The translations under genes and the position numbers were made by a program. The notes below the pieces were generated by a model. It made no database searches. It had not been told where the DNA came from and worked only from the letters and a program-made list of their open reading frames with translations. A stretch of 59,345 nucleotides of DNA, counting the filler, from Sphacelaria rigidula (taxonomy: Eukaryota), in assembly GCA_964200075.2 (NCBI GenBank). It is 9 parts of 9 records of this genome, joined end to end, with 100 filler letters (N's around TTAATTAATTAA, not from the genome) between each part and the next. Parts side by side here need not be neighbours in the genome. Positions count along the whole stretch, not along the records: positions 1 to 6,506 come from CAXNAA020019677.1; positions 6,607 to 13,112 come from CAXNAA020019678.1; 7 more parts are not named here. One strand, 5' to 3'. Below, piece by piece: positions 1 to 9,951 of the stretch (position 1 is the first letter of the stretch; the number at the start of each line of letters is the position of its first letter).

Positions 1-754
1 GGGGGGGGGGTTGGGCCGCAATCCTATACTGAAACGTAGTAATTTACACCAACACAGGGTGGAGCGGAAAAAACGGGAAGAAATGTACATGTTACAATGT
101 GGTCATTTTCACGAGGCACTAAACCCAGGTGGGCCGTGGAAAGACAGAAGGAGCTACCGTCATGAATTCTGCTTATCCCTCTGCCGATGACTTGCAATGA
201 GCAGTTAACATGTATGTAGTGGGCGGGCATGAAGAAGCGGTACATAGGTAGCTGATCGAGGTGGCTGAGAATTGCCCAGAACGTGCGAGGGAGTATGCAG
301 TCGCAGCTGCTGCTGCAGTCGGAGAGGCGTACTACACTTTACTGTACTATATCGTGTGCATGCGCGCCGCAACGCTGATACCCTTGGAAGAGAATTTGCC
401 GCATGCAACAAAGAGGGAACTGGCGGCCCACCCCGACCACAAAGGGCTATGTGGCGATGTGATAGGGACAATAACATCATCCAAAGCCAAGAGTGGCGGG
501 CGGCCTGCCGGTCACCGCATCCTGTTGGAGCCTCTCCACCGTGACCCCTCCTGCTTGCTACATCACATGTACACTACCTAATGCGCACCCTGCACCTGAA
601 AATAGATGGGATGAAACTTTCGGTCTTCGTCATAACCCTGCGGTTACATACGCGTATTTTCGGCAACACGCCACTGTTTCGTGCAGACGCCACACACGTC
701 ATTCCTAACCAGCCTCATTGGTGGTTCTGGAGGCCCGGTCCCAATAGGATTCAG

Positions 755-1105
755 ATGAGTTTCAACTCCAGAACAGTGTTTTTCCTGACCTAAAGTCACG
801 ACAAATGACCGTTATATGAACGGCCTCAGGCCCCCGACTCCCCTGAAACGGTTTTGGAAGGTTTCTCTCCTTTGTTCCCCCAGAGGGCATAGGCTCAAGC
901 CCCATTTTCGGGCTGAAAAGCGTCCCCTTGTTCACCCCAAAATCGAGACAAAATGGTGCTCTTCCAGATACCCTTCAGGGAAACGGAAGACGGAAAAACC
1001 CCCCAAAATAATTTCAGGGAGGTCGGGGGTCATGAGATCGTCCATTGAAGGTCATTTGTCGTGACTTTAGGTCAGGGAAAGCACTGTTTCGGAGTTGAAA
1101 CTCAT
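755..1105. repeat. Inverted-repeat (MITE/foldback-like) element with ~94-bp arms
   Basis: 755-848 (ATGAGTTTCAACTCC...CTGACCTAAAGTCACGACAAATGACC...CCCTGAAA) is the imperfect reverse complement of 1012-1105. The same arm recurs at 41252-41330/41750-41824, ~57775-57875 and partly at 39633-39702 and 13307-13368. Confidence 0.8.
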
Positions 1106-1464
1106 TTAAATGCTCAACCTTACTTTCGAAGATAATCTCTTGGGCGTTAATTCGCCAGCCGGCTCAGGATTCTCCTTGGGCAAGTGCCGTGATGAGCCGC
1201 AGGTCATTTCTCCGGCCCCAACAAAGTACAGCCATCCGTTTACACGGCTTGATTTGCATTCACGGAGAGTATACCAACCTCCTGCGTATCATACATGAGA
1301 GAGATGCCCGATTTCCCTCGCCGCGGCAAACGGTTTTCAAACTTCCCGGGAGTGCTAATGCGGATCCATCCGGCGATAGACAACATTTTCGCCAATTCGA
1401 GTGTCTAGCATTTGATTGAATGTGAGTTTTAGGACTCGCTCTTGATTGACCACCTTTTCGTCTT

Positions 1465-1476
1465 GTGCGTGCGTGC

Positions 1477-1534
<58 letters not shown>
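1465..1534 (+). repeat. (GTGC)n(GT)n microsatellite
   Basis: Direct observation. Confidence 0.97.
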
Positions 1535-1535
<1 letters not shown>

Positions 1536-1664
1536 GGGCCTGTAACGTCGATATCCTATTCAGGGGCAGCAGAGGCTCCAGTGGCGAGCTACTACAGAAA
1601 GCATGTAAGGCCTCGTATAAGGCCTGGAGGGACGTTTCGGAACTGAAACTGTTTCACGCATTAA

Positions 1665-2106
1665 CCCTTGGACCGCGAGGAGGGTAGTCCGCATGATCAT
1701 GCACACTTTTTTCGAGTGAAAACTTATGCCGATTCAACAGACGACCTACTCTGAGGTTAGTTCACCACTTGGTACAGGTAAGAACTTTCTCGGAAATTCT
1801 TGACTTCGAATAACTCTAACCCTAACCCCCACTCTCACCCTAACGAAGGCATACCGAGAACCCTGGGGCAAGGGGGGGTACAAATAGTTCCCTAGGCGAG
1901 GTTTCCTGGGCGAGGTGTGCGTTGTCAGACGGCGTCGACTTGGACAAAAACACGTTCTGGGTACTTCAGGAGCACTCAGCCCCTCTCAAGATCAAGGTCC
2001 GATTATCGGTGTTCCCTCCAATATCAAGCATTCATCATGTCAACCGTAGATTTTCAACCAAATCTTGACCTCTGTGAAAAGTGTGCCTACTGTCGCTGTC
2101 TAAGGG
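1665..2106. mobile_element. piggyBac-type non-autonomous element, long form (442 bp)
   Basis: TTAA at 1661-1664 and 2107-2110; termini CCCTTGGACCGCGA ... TCGCTGTCTAAGGG (12/14 inverted match). Confidence 0.8.
1768..2050 (+). repeat. Dispersed repeat carrying telomere-like TAACCC units, copy 1
   Basis: CTTGGTA...AAGAACT.TCTCGGAAA...TAACCCTAACCC...CATACCGAGAACCCT...TTCCCTAGGC...AGGAGCAC shared with 5711-5940 and 21278-21495. Confidence 0.7.
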
Positions 2107-3119
2107 TTAACCGGCCATTTCTGGAAATCTGGAGTTCTAGATTTCTGCTGATTGATGATGCCGACGCAAATGAAAATATAAACATTGGATGTATTCCACG
2201 GCCAAGAGGTTTTATTCCAGCCGCTCCTCGACTGGCCCGGCGAAGAGCGTCCTAAGAAATACCAGTCGATAAATGGTCTAGGAGGGTTTCCGTTTCTTTG
2301 GGTTCGGGCTCTCAATCGAACGCTAGACACTCAATCTAGCGAAAAGGTTGGTTGTTAATACCAAAGTGCCAGGCAGCCGTCGGGGCAGAGACGAGTCGAT
2401 CGGCTGATACAGCATGAATTTGTCCCGAAAAAAGGAAAGGGGCTGAACTCATCATGTCAAGAAAGAAAGAAGAAAAAAAATGACAGAGGAAGAAAGATAG
2501 GGATCTTTAGTCGGTATTTGTTTTGTCGCATATCCTTTTTCAACGGACGAGGTGGGGTCTCTCCTCCCTCTCCGGCAGTAATACTGTTGTCACTGCGTGG
2601 AACATCTTACAAGGGAGTGGTTCATACATTACTGCTATCTTATTGTCATTCTCTGCTGCTGCTACTGCTCCCTTCCTCTTGGGTGAAGTGTCTTGGCTGT
2701 AGGCGAGGGGTGCAACAGGACCTACCCCTGGATGGGTAGAGTGACTCGTGTACGGGGTCGAGCTGGGGGACATTGTAGAAGGTTTGCTCGGTGAGGAAGA
2801 CCCTACCTAGTTGAGGAAGAGGGATACGTTCAAGTCCGAGGCTACCTGGGTAGGGGAGCACCCCCACCTTGATGCCTACCCGTACATCCGATCGGACTAC
2901 GCGTAGCCTAAGGGCCGGGTACGCACGGTGGGTGGAGTGCACTCGAATGCACTGCACGATACTAGAAATAGCGAAGTGTACGGTGAAAGGTTCCTTCCTG
3001 TCTCCTGGGGACGAGAAAAAAAGAGAGAAAAAAAAAAAAAAAAAAGGTCAGGGCTCGCGCTTACTACACGAGCCCTCCCGCACTCTTTCTTCTCTAGACC
3101 TCGCATCTTGATCTTCGCG

Positions 3120-3495
3120 AACATTTTCCCATCATTCCTGAGAATGTTCCTCAAAATATTCCTGAAAACATTCCTGAAAATATTCTCTCGGTCAGTACCC
3201 TTTATTCCGAACATCCTTCGAGGGCATGCCAGAAGATATTTACAAGCTGAAACCCCTCGAAAGTACGCGAGTTTCTTCTCCAGACCCAACATCTAAAAGA
3301 CCTCGACAATATTCCAAACCTTGGACAGTATATGGTCAATAGTTGCAATAGGCTTACACTTTACGCAGTACATTTTTTTGTCTATTGCAACTATTGACTT
3401 TGTACTGTTGTACAAGGTGCGCAATATTCCCACAGCATTTCTGAGATTGTTCCTGAGGATATTCCTCAGAATGTTCCCGGGAATGTTCTTGAATG
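3120..3495 (+). repeat. Two clusters of degenerate 12-bp tandem repeats (AATATTCCTGAG-like)
   Basis: 3120-3190 and 3425-3495, e.g. ATTCCTGAGAATGTTCCTCAAAATATTCCTGAAAACATTCCTGAAAAT. Confidence 0.65.
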
Positions 3496-3638
3496 TGTCA
3501 GACAGGTCTCTATTTTGCACCTAAGAACATCTCGCCGCTCAAGGCCTTGTCTCACCGAGAGAGAGGAAAAAAAAAGCACACAAAAAACAGCGAGTAACAA
3601 TAAAGCTTGCTGCCCACAACAACAAGCTCGGGTCTTAA

Positions 3639-3736
3639 CCCTTAGACCGCGAACGTAGTCCATCTCGACCAGGTATACTTTTTTCAAGTAAAATTGATGC
3701 CGATTCAACAGATGGTGTGCTCTCGCTGTCTAAGGT
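3639..3736. mobile_element. piggyBac-type MITE, 98 bp
   Basis: TTAA-CCCTTAGACCGCGA ... CTCGCTGTCTAAGGT-TCAA; shared core TTTTCAAGTAAAATTGATGCCGATTCAACAG. Confidence 0.75.
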
Positions 3737-4044
3737 TCAACGACGGAACACAAAACGTAATCTTTTGGAAGAGCCGCGTTTCTGTCGGGTCTCGACGTAT
3801 TCGGTCTGTAAATCTCCGCGGGTGCGACTGGAACACGTGACTGACTCACGTTGCACCTGCACAACCGAACCCGAACAATCACACCCAGCGCCGGATCTTT
3901 GCTCGTCTACACGCAACTGCTCTTTGGTCCACGGCAATAATCAGTTCCGCGTTGGAAGAGGGCCGGCCGTGTGTGTACCACAGCAATTGCTCACGGTGGA
4001 GTCGTTCACCGTTCGTGGGTGTTGGAGCGGATCTGAGCACGTTA

Positions 4045-4183
4045 TTTTCCGATCGAAAATGTGGGGTGGGAAAGGAAAATTCAGATCCGATAAGTCGTGA
4101 TTTCAACCATCGTCATGTATGTTGAAATCACGGCCCATCAGATCTGAATTTTTGTTTTTCCACCGCACTTTTTCGATCGAAAT
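4045..4183. repeat. Imperfect hairpin, ~63-bp arms with 13-nt loop
   Basis: 4045-4107 vs 4121-4183; additional TTTTCCGATCGAAAA copies at ~4217 and ~4357. Confidence 0.8.
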
Positions 4184-5368
4184 ACTATACACTAAGGGCA
4201 TGTCTTGGCACAGTTTTTTTCCGATCGAAAAAGTGCGGCGGAAAATATTTTTTTCGATCTGATAGATCCGCCGCATTTTTGTTCCTAGCTGGCTTCACCT
4301 ATTTTGTATGATTAGTAGCGCGCGGACAGGAAAAAAAATAACCCCCCAAGATAAGCTTTTCCGATCGAAAACGGCATGAAGGGGCACTTGACTCCCACCT
4401 TGCAGACCACCACGCCAGATAACACCCGTTCACAGAAGCATGCAAATCCCAAACAGTTCATTCTCGGCCATCACCCCAACCCTGCAGCGTAGAGCACGAG
4501 TTGAGTACAGGGATAGACAGACAAATTGCAGTGGTTGGGATATGGCTAGTTTATATTTTTGTAAACGAAAACTTGAGCATCTTCGTTCACGGATCGGCCA
4601 CGAAACCACGTGGTAGGGTTGGCGACCGACTCGCGTTCACGCTCATGGACAGTGCAGGCTCTACAATGCTGCACATTGGTCGAATCCTCTTCACGCCGCG
4701 TTGTCAGCAGAGAGTATGCAGATAGTACTGCACGTTGCCTGTTTTTTTTTCGCAGCCTTGTGTACGAAACGCGCACGCACACACATACACACTCTCAGCT
4801 AGACTCTATGCAAACAACTGTGTACTTTGCACACGCGAAGAAGTATCGCTTCACGAATTTCACCGCCTTTTATTGAACGCAAGCACAACGCAACACCGTG
4901 CTCAGTTGACCAAGAGCTACGGCTCGAGCTATTCACTTGCATACCGTGGGCCCTTGAGATCAGAAGTTGGCGTGTGCTTGTTCCTCAGGTTCGGACTGCG
5001 ACACAAGCGTGTCCCACAGCAAGATTCACTGCGCCGCTGGTTTACAACATGCCCTCCTCGATGGCGAACAGCCCCAAAACGTCTTGACTAAATACGTAGG
5101 TGACCAGAAAAATTCCTGAAAAAAAAAAAAAAGTGCCTCTTCCAGAAAAGGGGGGGGGGGGGCGAACAAAAAAACCCCGCCGCCTGTCTCTTTTCCTTCT
5201 CCCTTTTTTTTTNNNNNNNNNNAGCACAACCGCCCCCACCACCACAAACCCCAAGCTTTTTTTACACAGGGGGGGGGGGGGGGGGGAATCACAACAACCA
5301 ACGTGCTCATTGATTCTTTCTCGATACCTTTTTTGGTCTCGATACGACAGGATCTAACCCTCCCCCCA

Positions 5369-5521
5369 GATGGCGAAACAGGACAGGAATAAGGTACGGA
5401 AGAAATACGATGAGCGCCGAAATGTCAGAGGTGTCTCTACTAGGAGCAGGAACGGTGCTCCGTCTTGAAAGGGATGCGCGGTCAATGGTCAAACGATCAA
5501 GGCAAGCAACAAATGAGAACG
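5369..5521 (+). mobile_element. LINE 3' end fragment (same family as 49884-51247)
   Basis: GGAACGGTGCTCC...GGTCAAACGA...GCAAGCAACAAATGAGAACG followed by T and C10; C-rich run also immediately upstream. Confidence 0.85.
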
Positions 5522-5710
5522 TCCCCCCCCCCACGGCCAACAAAACACAGGGAGTTTCCATTCATGTGCGACGGTCAAAAGACGGTATTCCTTTCCCGCT
5601 GTTGCTCCATACCACTGCACCGTCGCGTGCAGCTGCTGTTCCACAATAGACGCTAGTTAACCGGCGTTGGGTTATAAATGTCCATGGTTGACACATTTCA
5701 CAAGTATCGT

Positions 5711-5940
5711 TAACCCTAACCCTAACCCTACCCCCAACCCATACCGAGAACCCTCGGGCAAGGGCGATACAGAGCATTCCCTAGGCAAAGTGCGGCCTTG
5801 GTAGACCCCAAATCGAAGCCTGTGGCGCCGACTTTAACAAAAACGCGTTCTGCGTACGCGAGGAGCACACGGGACTGTCAGCTCTACTAAATATCCGATT
5901 CTCATTGTACACACTCAAATCAAGTAATGTGTCAACCATG
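5711..5940 (+). repeat. Dispersed repeat carrying (TAACCC)3, copy 2
   Basis: TAACCCTAACCCTAACCCTACCCCCAACCCATACCGAGAACCCTCGGGCAAGGG...TTCCCTAGGCAAAG. Confidence 0.7.
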
Positions 5941-6506
5941 AACATTCGTAGCCCGACGCCGGTTAACTCTACTGCCAAAATACGATACCTTTTGCGTGGA
6001 TCATGACACACGACTGACTTATCACGACCTTTTGCTACCGTACGAGCTGCACCTGCATTTGTGGATAATGACCAGAGCGAAGTGAAAAAACGCAAAATAA
6101 TGACCGCGGAGTCAGAGGAACCAAAGCGCAACCCTCGCACCGCTCAAGGTACTCGGCGTCCAGCGCTGTAGCAGGGAGAAAATATGGGAATAGAGGCCAA
6201 ATGAGCTACAATAGCCCATGACCCGAATCAGCACACTGGTAAAAAGGGATATCCAGGTAGCCCATGAGCTGTCCGGCGTGTTCAGAGTTCGAAGCTCACC
6301 TGGTCTCCAGCCGTCAGCTCTGCAAGGTATTTGGTGCTTCCGTCTGCCAGCAATGCGTACGAGTGGACTGGTCCTGCGTTCACCCGAAATGGCCTATATA
6401 TATATATATATATGTATAAGTGTGCATTAATACAAAGGCGGTGAAGGGGAGGGGGGGGGGTGGATAAAAAAGCAACAAAGACGATATTATACCGAAAAAA
6501 AAATGT

Positions 6507-6606
6507 NNNNNNNNNNNNNNNNNNNNNNNNNNNNNNNNNNNNNNNNNNNNTTAATTAATTAANNNNNNNNNNNNNNNNNNNNNNNNNNNNNNNNNNNNNN
6601 NNNNNN
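6507..6606. other. Artificial contig linker (N44-TTAATTAATTAA-N44)
   Basis: 100-bp spacer with stops in all six frames; identical copies recur every 6604-6606 bp. Confidence 0.98.
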
Positions 6607-6660
6607 CAATGGTCTGATGACTATGGCATGCATGATGATGAGTACACCCCCCCCCCATTT

Positions 6661-6894
6661 TGTCGTAAAAACTATCGCTATATTAGGAGATGGACGGTGG
6701 TCACAGACGGTGGATCAGGAAGAGGACAAGATATGTGAAAATAAAAAGGCTTTTGTGTGCGATAGTGCAAAGAAGAAATGGAATGGAGCGGTCAAATGTT
6801 GGGGGTGTCTCTATTAGGAGTAGGAACGGTGCTCCGTCTAGAAAAGGATGCGTAGTCAACGGTCAAACGACTAACGCAAGCAACAAATGAATAT
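6661..6894 (+). mobile_element. LINE 3' end fragment
   Basis: Colinear with ~51030-51247; ends GCAAGCAACAAATGAATAT followed by a C-run; preceded by a variant 3' end (6607-6646) and C10. Confidence 0.85.
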
Positions 6895-7088
6895 CCCCCC
6901 CCTCCCCCCGCCTCCCCGCGCGCCTTTTGCTGTGCTTGACCAACCCTAATGCGTGCGTAAATACACATGAGTCGATCTTCTTATTTTACTCTGGATAATG
7001 ACAAAAATGTCCTGATTTCCCTCTCGCTCCGTCTTTTGCTCTCCCTATATATGTATGTGTCTGTTGTCTCATGTTGATGAACGAACAG

Positions 7089-7205
7089 CTTGTACAGAGG
7101 ATGGCTGAGCTCCAGGCGACGTTGGATCCCGGGCGTCTCAGCAAGCGCAATAAGTCTTCCACCCACCTACTGGACGCGGAAAAGAACAGAAACGCCTGCC
7201 AAGCG
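7089..7205 (+). CDS. Exon of probable MAP65/Ase1/PRC1-family microtubule-bundling protein (5' part of gene not on this contig)
   Basis: AACAG| ... |GTATGT, 117 nt, phase 0/0; LVQRMAELQATLDPGRLSKRNKSSTHLLDAEKNRNACQA resembles the PRC1/Ase1 DPxRxxxR...LLxxEKxR motif. Confidence 0.6.
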
Positions 7206-7877
7206 GTATGTCTCCCCACCCTACAGACCATAGAAGAAGTCGTAGCATTAGCTTTTGGGTAATCTAATACAGTCGTGAACGGCGGGCAATTGCCCTCGAA
7301 GAACTTCGACCCCCAAATTAGGTTGTTGGTGGGACGCTCCCCTCAAAATTTTTGTCTTGTAGACGGTGGCTATCAGCGCTGCGACAATTGTCGAGGCTCT
7401 TTTGATGCGTTCGCTACCGATCGACACGCTTATGTCTTCACGGTCGCCTTTATTGCAGTAGATATCGTCAGTGGTGTTCATGCGTGTTTGGCGTCCTCGC
7501 ATGTCCCAATGTCCCAAATTTGGCTTTGCTGAGTTTACCCGGGAGAGAAAAAAAGCCTCTGGTGAAATACTTATTTTTTTCTGCGTGCGTGCGTCTTTAG
7601 TCGCATCGTCATCATCCCCCGTGGAGTCCAAGACAGGTAAGGTGGCATGACCGTTAGGTGCCTCAAGGAAGTACTACTCCCAATATTAGAGGTTACGACT
7701 GCCGCGCTTTACTCGATTATTTCAGGTGCAAGTAGCTCACTTCCCCTCACTCACTCACCCGGACCCGGCTTACTGGCTGGTTGTGCCGGGAGATGTGTCG
7801 TTCTTTCTCGTTTTTTTTTTCACGGTGGTCCAGGTGTTCTGCCACACTCACCGCTCCTACCCACTTGCCCCCGCCAG

Positions 7878-7982
7878 GCCTATATGCGAGCTCTGAAGAG
7901 ACTGAAGGAGCAGCTGAAGACGTGGAGAGAGGCTTGCGGCTGCGGGTTCGACCCGTCTCTGCTCAGCGACGTTGCCCGAGAG
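7878..7982 (+). CDS. Next exon of the MAP65-like gene
   Basis: GCCAG| ... |GTAATC, 105 nt, phase 0/0; AYMRALKRLKEQLKTWREACGCGFDP matches the L...W......F helix that follows the motif in MAP65/PRC1. Confidence 0.6.
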
Positions 7983-8475
7983 GTAATCATAGGCCATGGT
8001 TTAACCATCTTGGTACCGCGCGGCCTGATTTTTTATGGGGGCCTCGGCCCTTGCCGTTCCCAATCGTAGTCATCCAAAGGCATGCGTTGTGCCTCCTACA
8101 GTAGACAATAGTTGAATTTCATCGTACTTGAGCTACTTTGGTACCTGTGGGTGTATTGCTTTACCGTAGAATTTTGGGGGAATCACGCCGGCGTCTTTTG
8201 TTTCTCTTGCCGTAGCTTTGCTCCCGCTTTGCTTTGTTGTCCTGCGATGTTACATCTGCCGCGCTCTATTGCAGTGCACTCGTCGACGTTTATCGTTTTC
8301 GCCTTCAGTTTCGTCCTGTTGCTGGAGAGAATGATGATCGACTCACCGGACTCTTCCCTTGACGGGAGTCTTGAACCGCCCGCCCCGCCCCCCTCCCCCG
8401 GGCGAGCCCAACTCTCATCCACCCTTTTTTCTTCATGTCTATGTTTTGTCGATATCCGATAATGTTTCTCGCCAG

Positions 8476-9228
8476 GCTCTCCTGGATCTCCAGCGAGCAG
8501 GACGCGCGGGCGCTAAGATCGAGCACATCCTACCGCATCTTGATAGCTCGGGCTCCAACGTTTCATCCTCCTCCAACAGCGCCACCGCGGCAGCAAACGC
8601 CGCAAGTAGCGGGGGCGCAAGCGGCGTGCGCTCGGTCAGCCCCGACCCACCCTCGTCAAAGCAGCCTCGCCTCCAAGATGCAACGGGGATATCCGGCACC
8701 GCCATACCATCGTCGGGCGGCGGCAACAACAAGGAGTCTGGAGCCACCTCCGGCCCTCGAGGCGGTTCCGCGATGGGAAGCAGCTCCCCTACGCTTCTTG
8801 CCGCCACGCCTCTCAGGTCTCAAACCCAGCGAATTGGTGGTCCTATGTCATTATCAAATCTCGGAGGCAGCGGGGGAGGGGGGTCGGCTGGTACGCCACC
8901 GGGTTTGTCGTCCGGAAGTGGCGCGGGTACATTCGGCGGGGAGTTCAGTTTGGGCAGTAACACCGGTGGTGGCGCGCTGACGTCCATTGCTAATCCTGAG
9001 CTCGTATCGTCTGCTACCAAGGGTCTCCGGTCCGTTCAGTCGTTCCGTGGGCGAGGTGGAGCTTTTGGCATGCTGCTGCACAAAGTGCAGGCAGGGCAGA
9101 CGCCCGTACGCCCTCCGGGCGCAGGGATATTTGACGGCGTTGATAGTGTTGGGGGAGGTGGAAAGGGGGGTACGAGTGGCGGGGCTAGCGGGCGCAGTGC
9201 GGGTTCTGGAGACGGGGCGTCGCCCTAA
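8476..9228 (+). CDS. Terminal exon of the MAP65-like gene; Ser/Gly-rich disordered tail
   Basis: CGCCAG acceptor at phase 0, in frame with ORF 8359-9228; open for 250 codons to TAA. Confidence 0.7.
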   Translation, partial: ALLDLQRAGRAGAKIEHILPHLDSSGSNVSSSSNSATAAANAASSGGASGVRSVSPDPPSSKQPRLQDATGISGTAIPSSGGGNNKESGATSGPRGGSAMGSSSPTLLAATPLRSQTQRIGGPMSLSNLGGSGGGGSAGTPPGLSSGSGAGTFGGEFSLGSNTGGGALTSIANPELVSSATKGLRSVQSFRGRGGAFGMLLHKVQAGQTPVRPPGAGIFDGVDSVGGGGKGGTSGGASGRSAGSGDGASP

Positions 9229-9916
9229 TCTGACTACTGCTCTCACGTGAAGAAAGATAATTCCCATGGTACGCAACGAAAGGAAAATGAAGGGAAAAGC
9301 AGTGTTGGAAAAACAATTGCGTTTCGTTGTTTAAAGCCGTCGGTGCAATGTACAACGTTTTGTTGCTGTAAAGGATGTGGAGGGGGTTTCGACGAAAAAT
9401 CTCGGCTTGGCAGGGTAACGTGTCGAGGGTACCGTGCTAGTGGATTGGCCGCGGTAGTGGGTAGCTGCGGTGGTTCGGTTTTGTGGCGGTGGTGGATTGA
9501 CGACACGTCGAGTATATGTGCACGTCAGTTGGGGCTCGAATCATTGCTTACGCCTCCCCCCATCCCTACCCCCCACCCGCCACACGCAACACTTTTTTGA
9601 TGGCACGTATAAGACTTTCGCAGAGTACTTTTTCAGTTTGTTTGCCTCGAAACTCGAAATGGCACACCTCAGAACTCGTCTACGCAGGGTCTATATAGCA
9701 AATATCGAACACCGAGAGCTTGGTACAGCAATGAGTATCGCCCTTCCTGCGAAATGCAGTGCCGCCAGTACGTATCATAGCATTGGTGCTACCACCCGAA
9801 TCCCATAGCGGCATTTTTGTTTTTTTGTGGATAATAACGAAGTGTACCCGTGGTTTAGGGTATAATGATCACGTAGGATGCGTAGCATTGCTTACCCCCC
9901 CCCCCCACTCCCGGGT

Positions 9917-9951
9917 GGTCAAACGCCTAAGGTAAGCAACACATGAGAACG
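9917..9951 (+). mobile_element. 35-bp extreme 3' end of the LINE family with a perfect 16-bp TSD
   Basis: GGTCAAACGCCTAAGGTAAGCAACACATGAGAACG flanked by CCCCCCACTCCCGGGT at 9901-9916 and 9952-9967. Confidence 0.85.

Noticed and set aside
261..581. 106-aa ORF and other short GC-rich ORFs (12312-12662, 24715-24942, 33390-33700, 58920-59249)
   Set aside because: No recognisable domain or consistent splice structure; may be decayed coding sequence but cannot be supported.
2655..2960. Possible 5' end of a non-LTR element or self-cleaving ribozyme
   Set aside because: No hammerhead or HDV fold could be assembled by eye and there is no second copy in the window; would need an Infernal/RNAmotif search.
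5711..5728. True telomere
   Set aside because: Only three hexamers, internal to a contig and embedded in a dispersed repeat.
6551..6562. Periodic TTAATTAATTAA every ~6.6 kb as a biological signal or piggyBac site
   Set aside because: Embedded in fixed N44 blocks; it is a six-frame-stop assembly linker.
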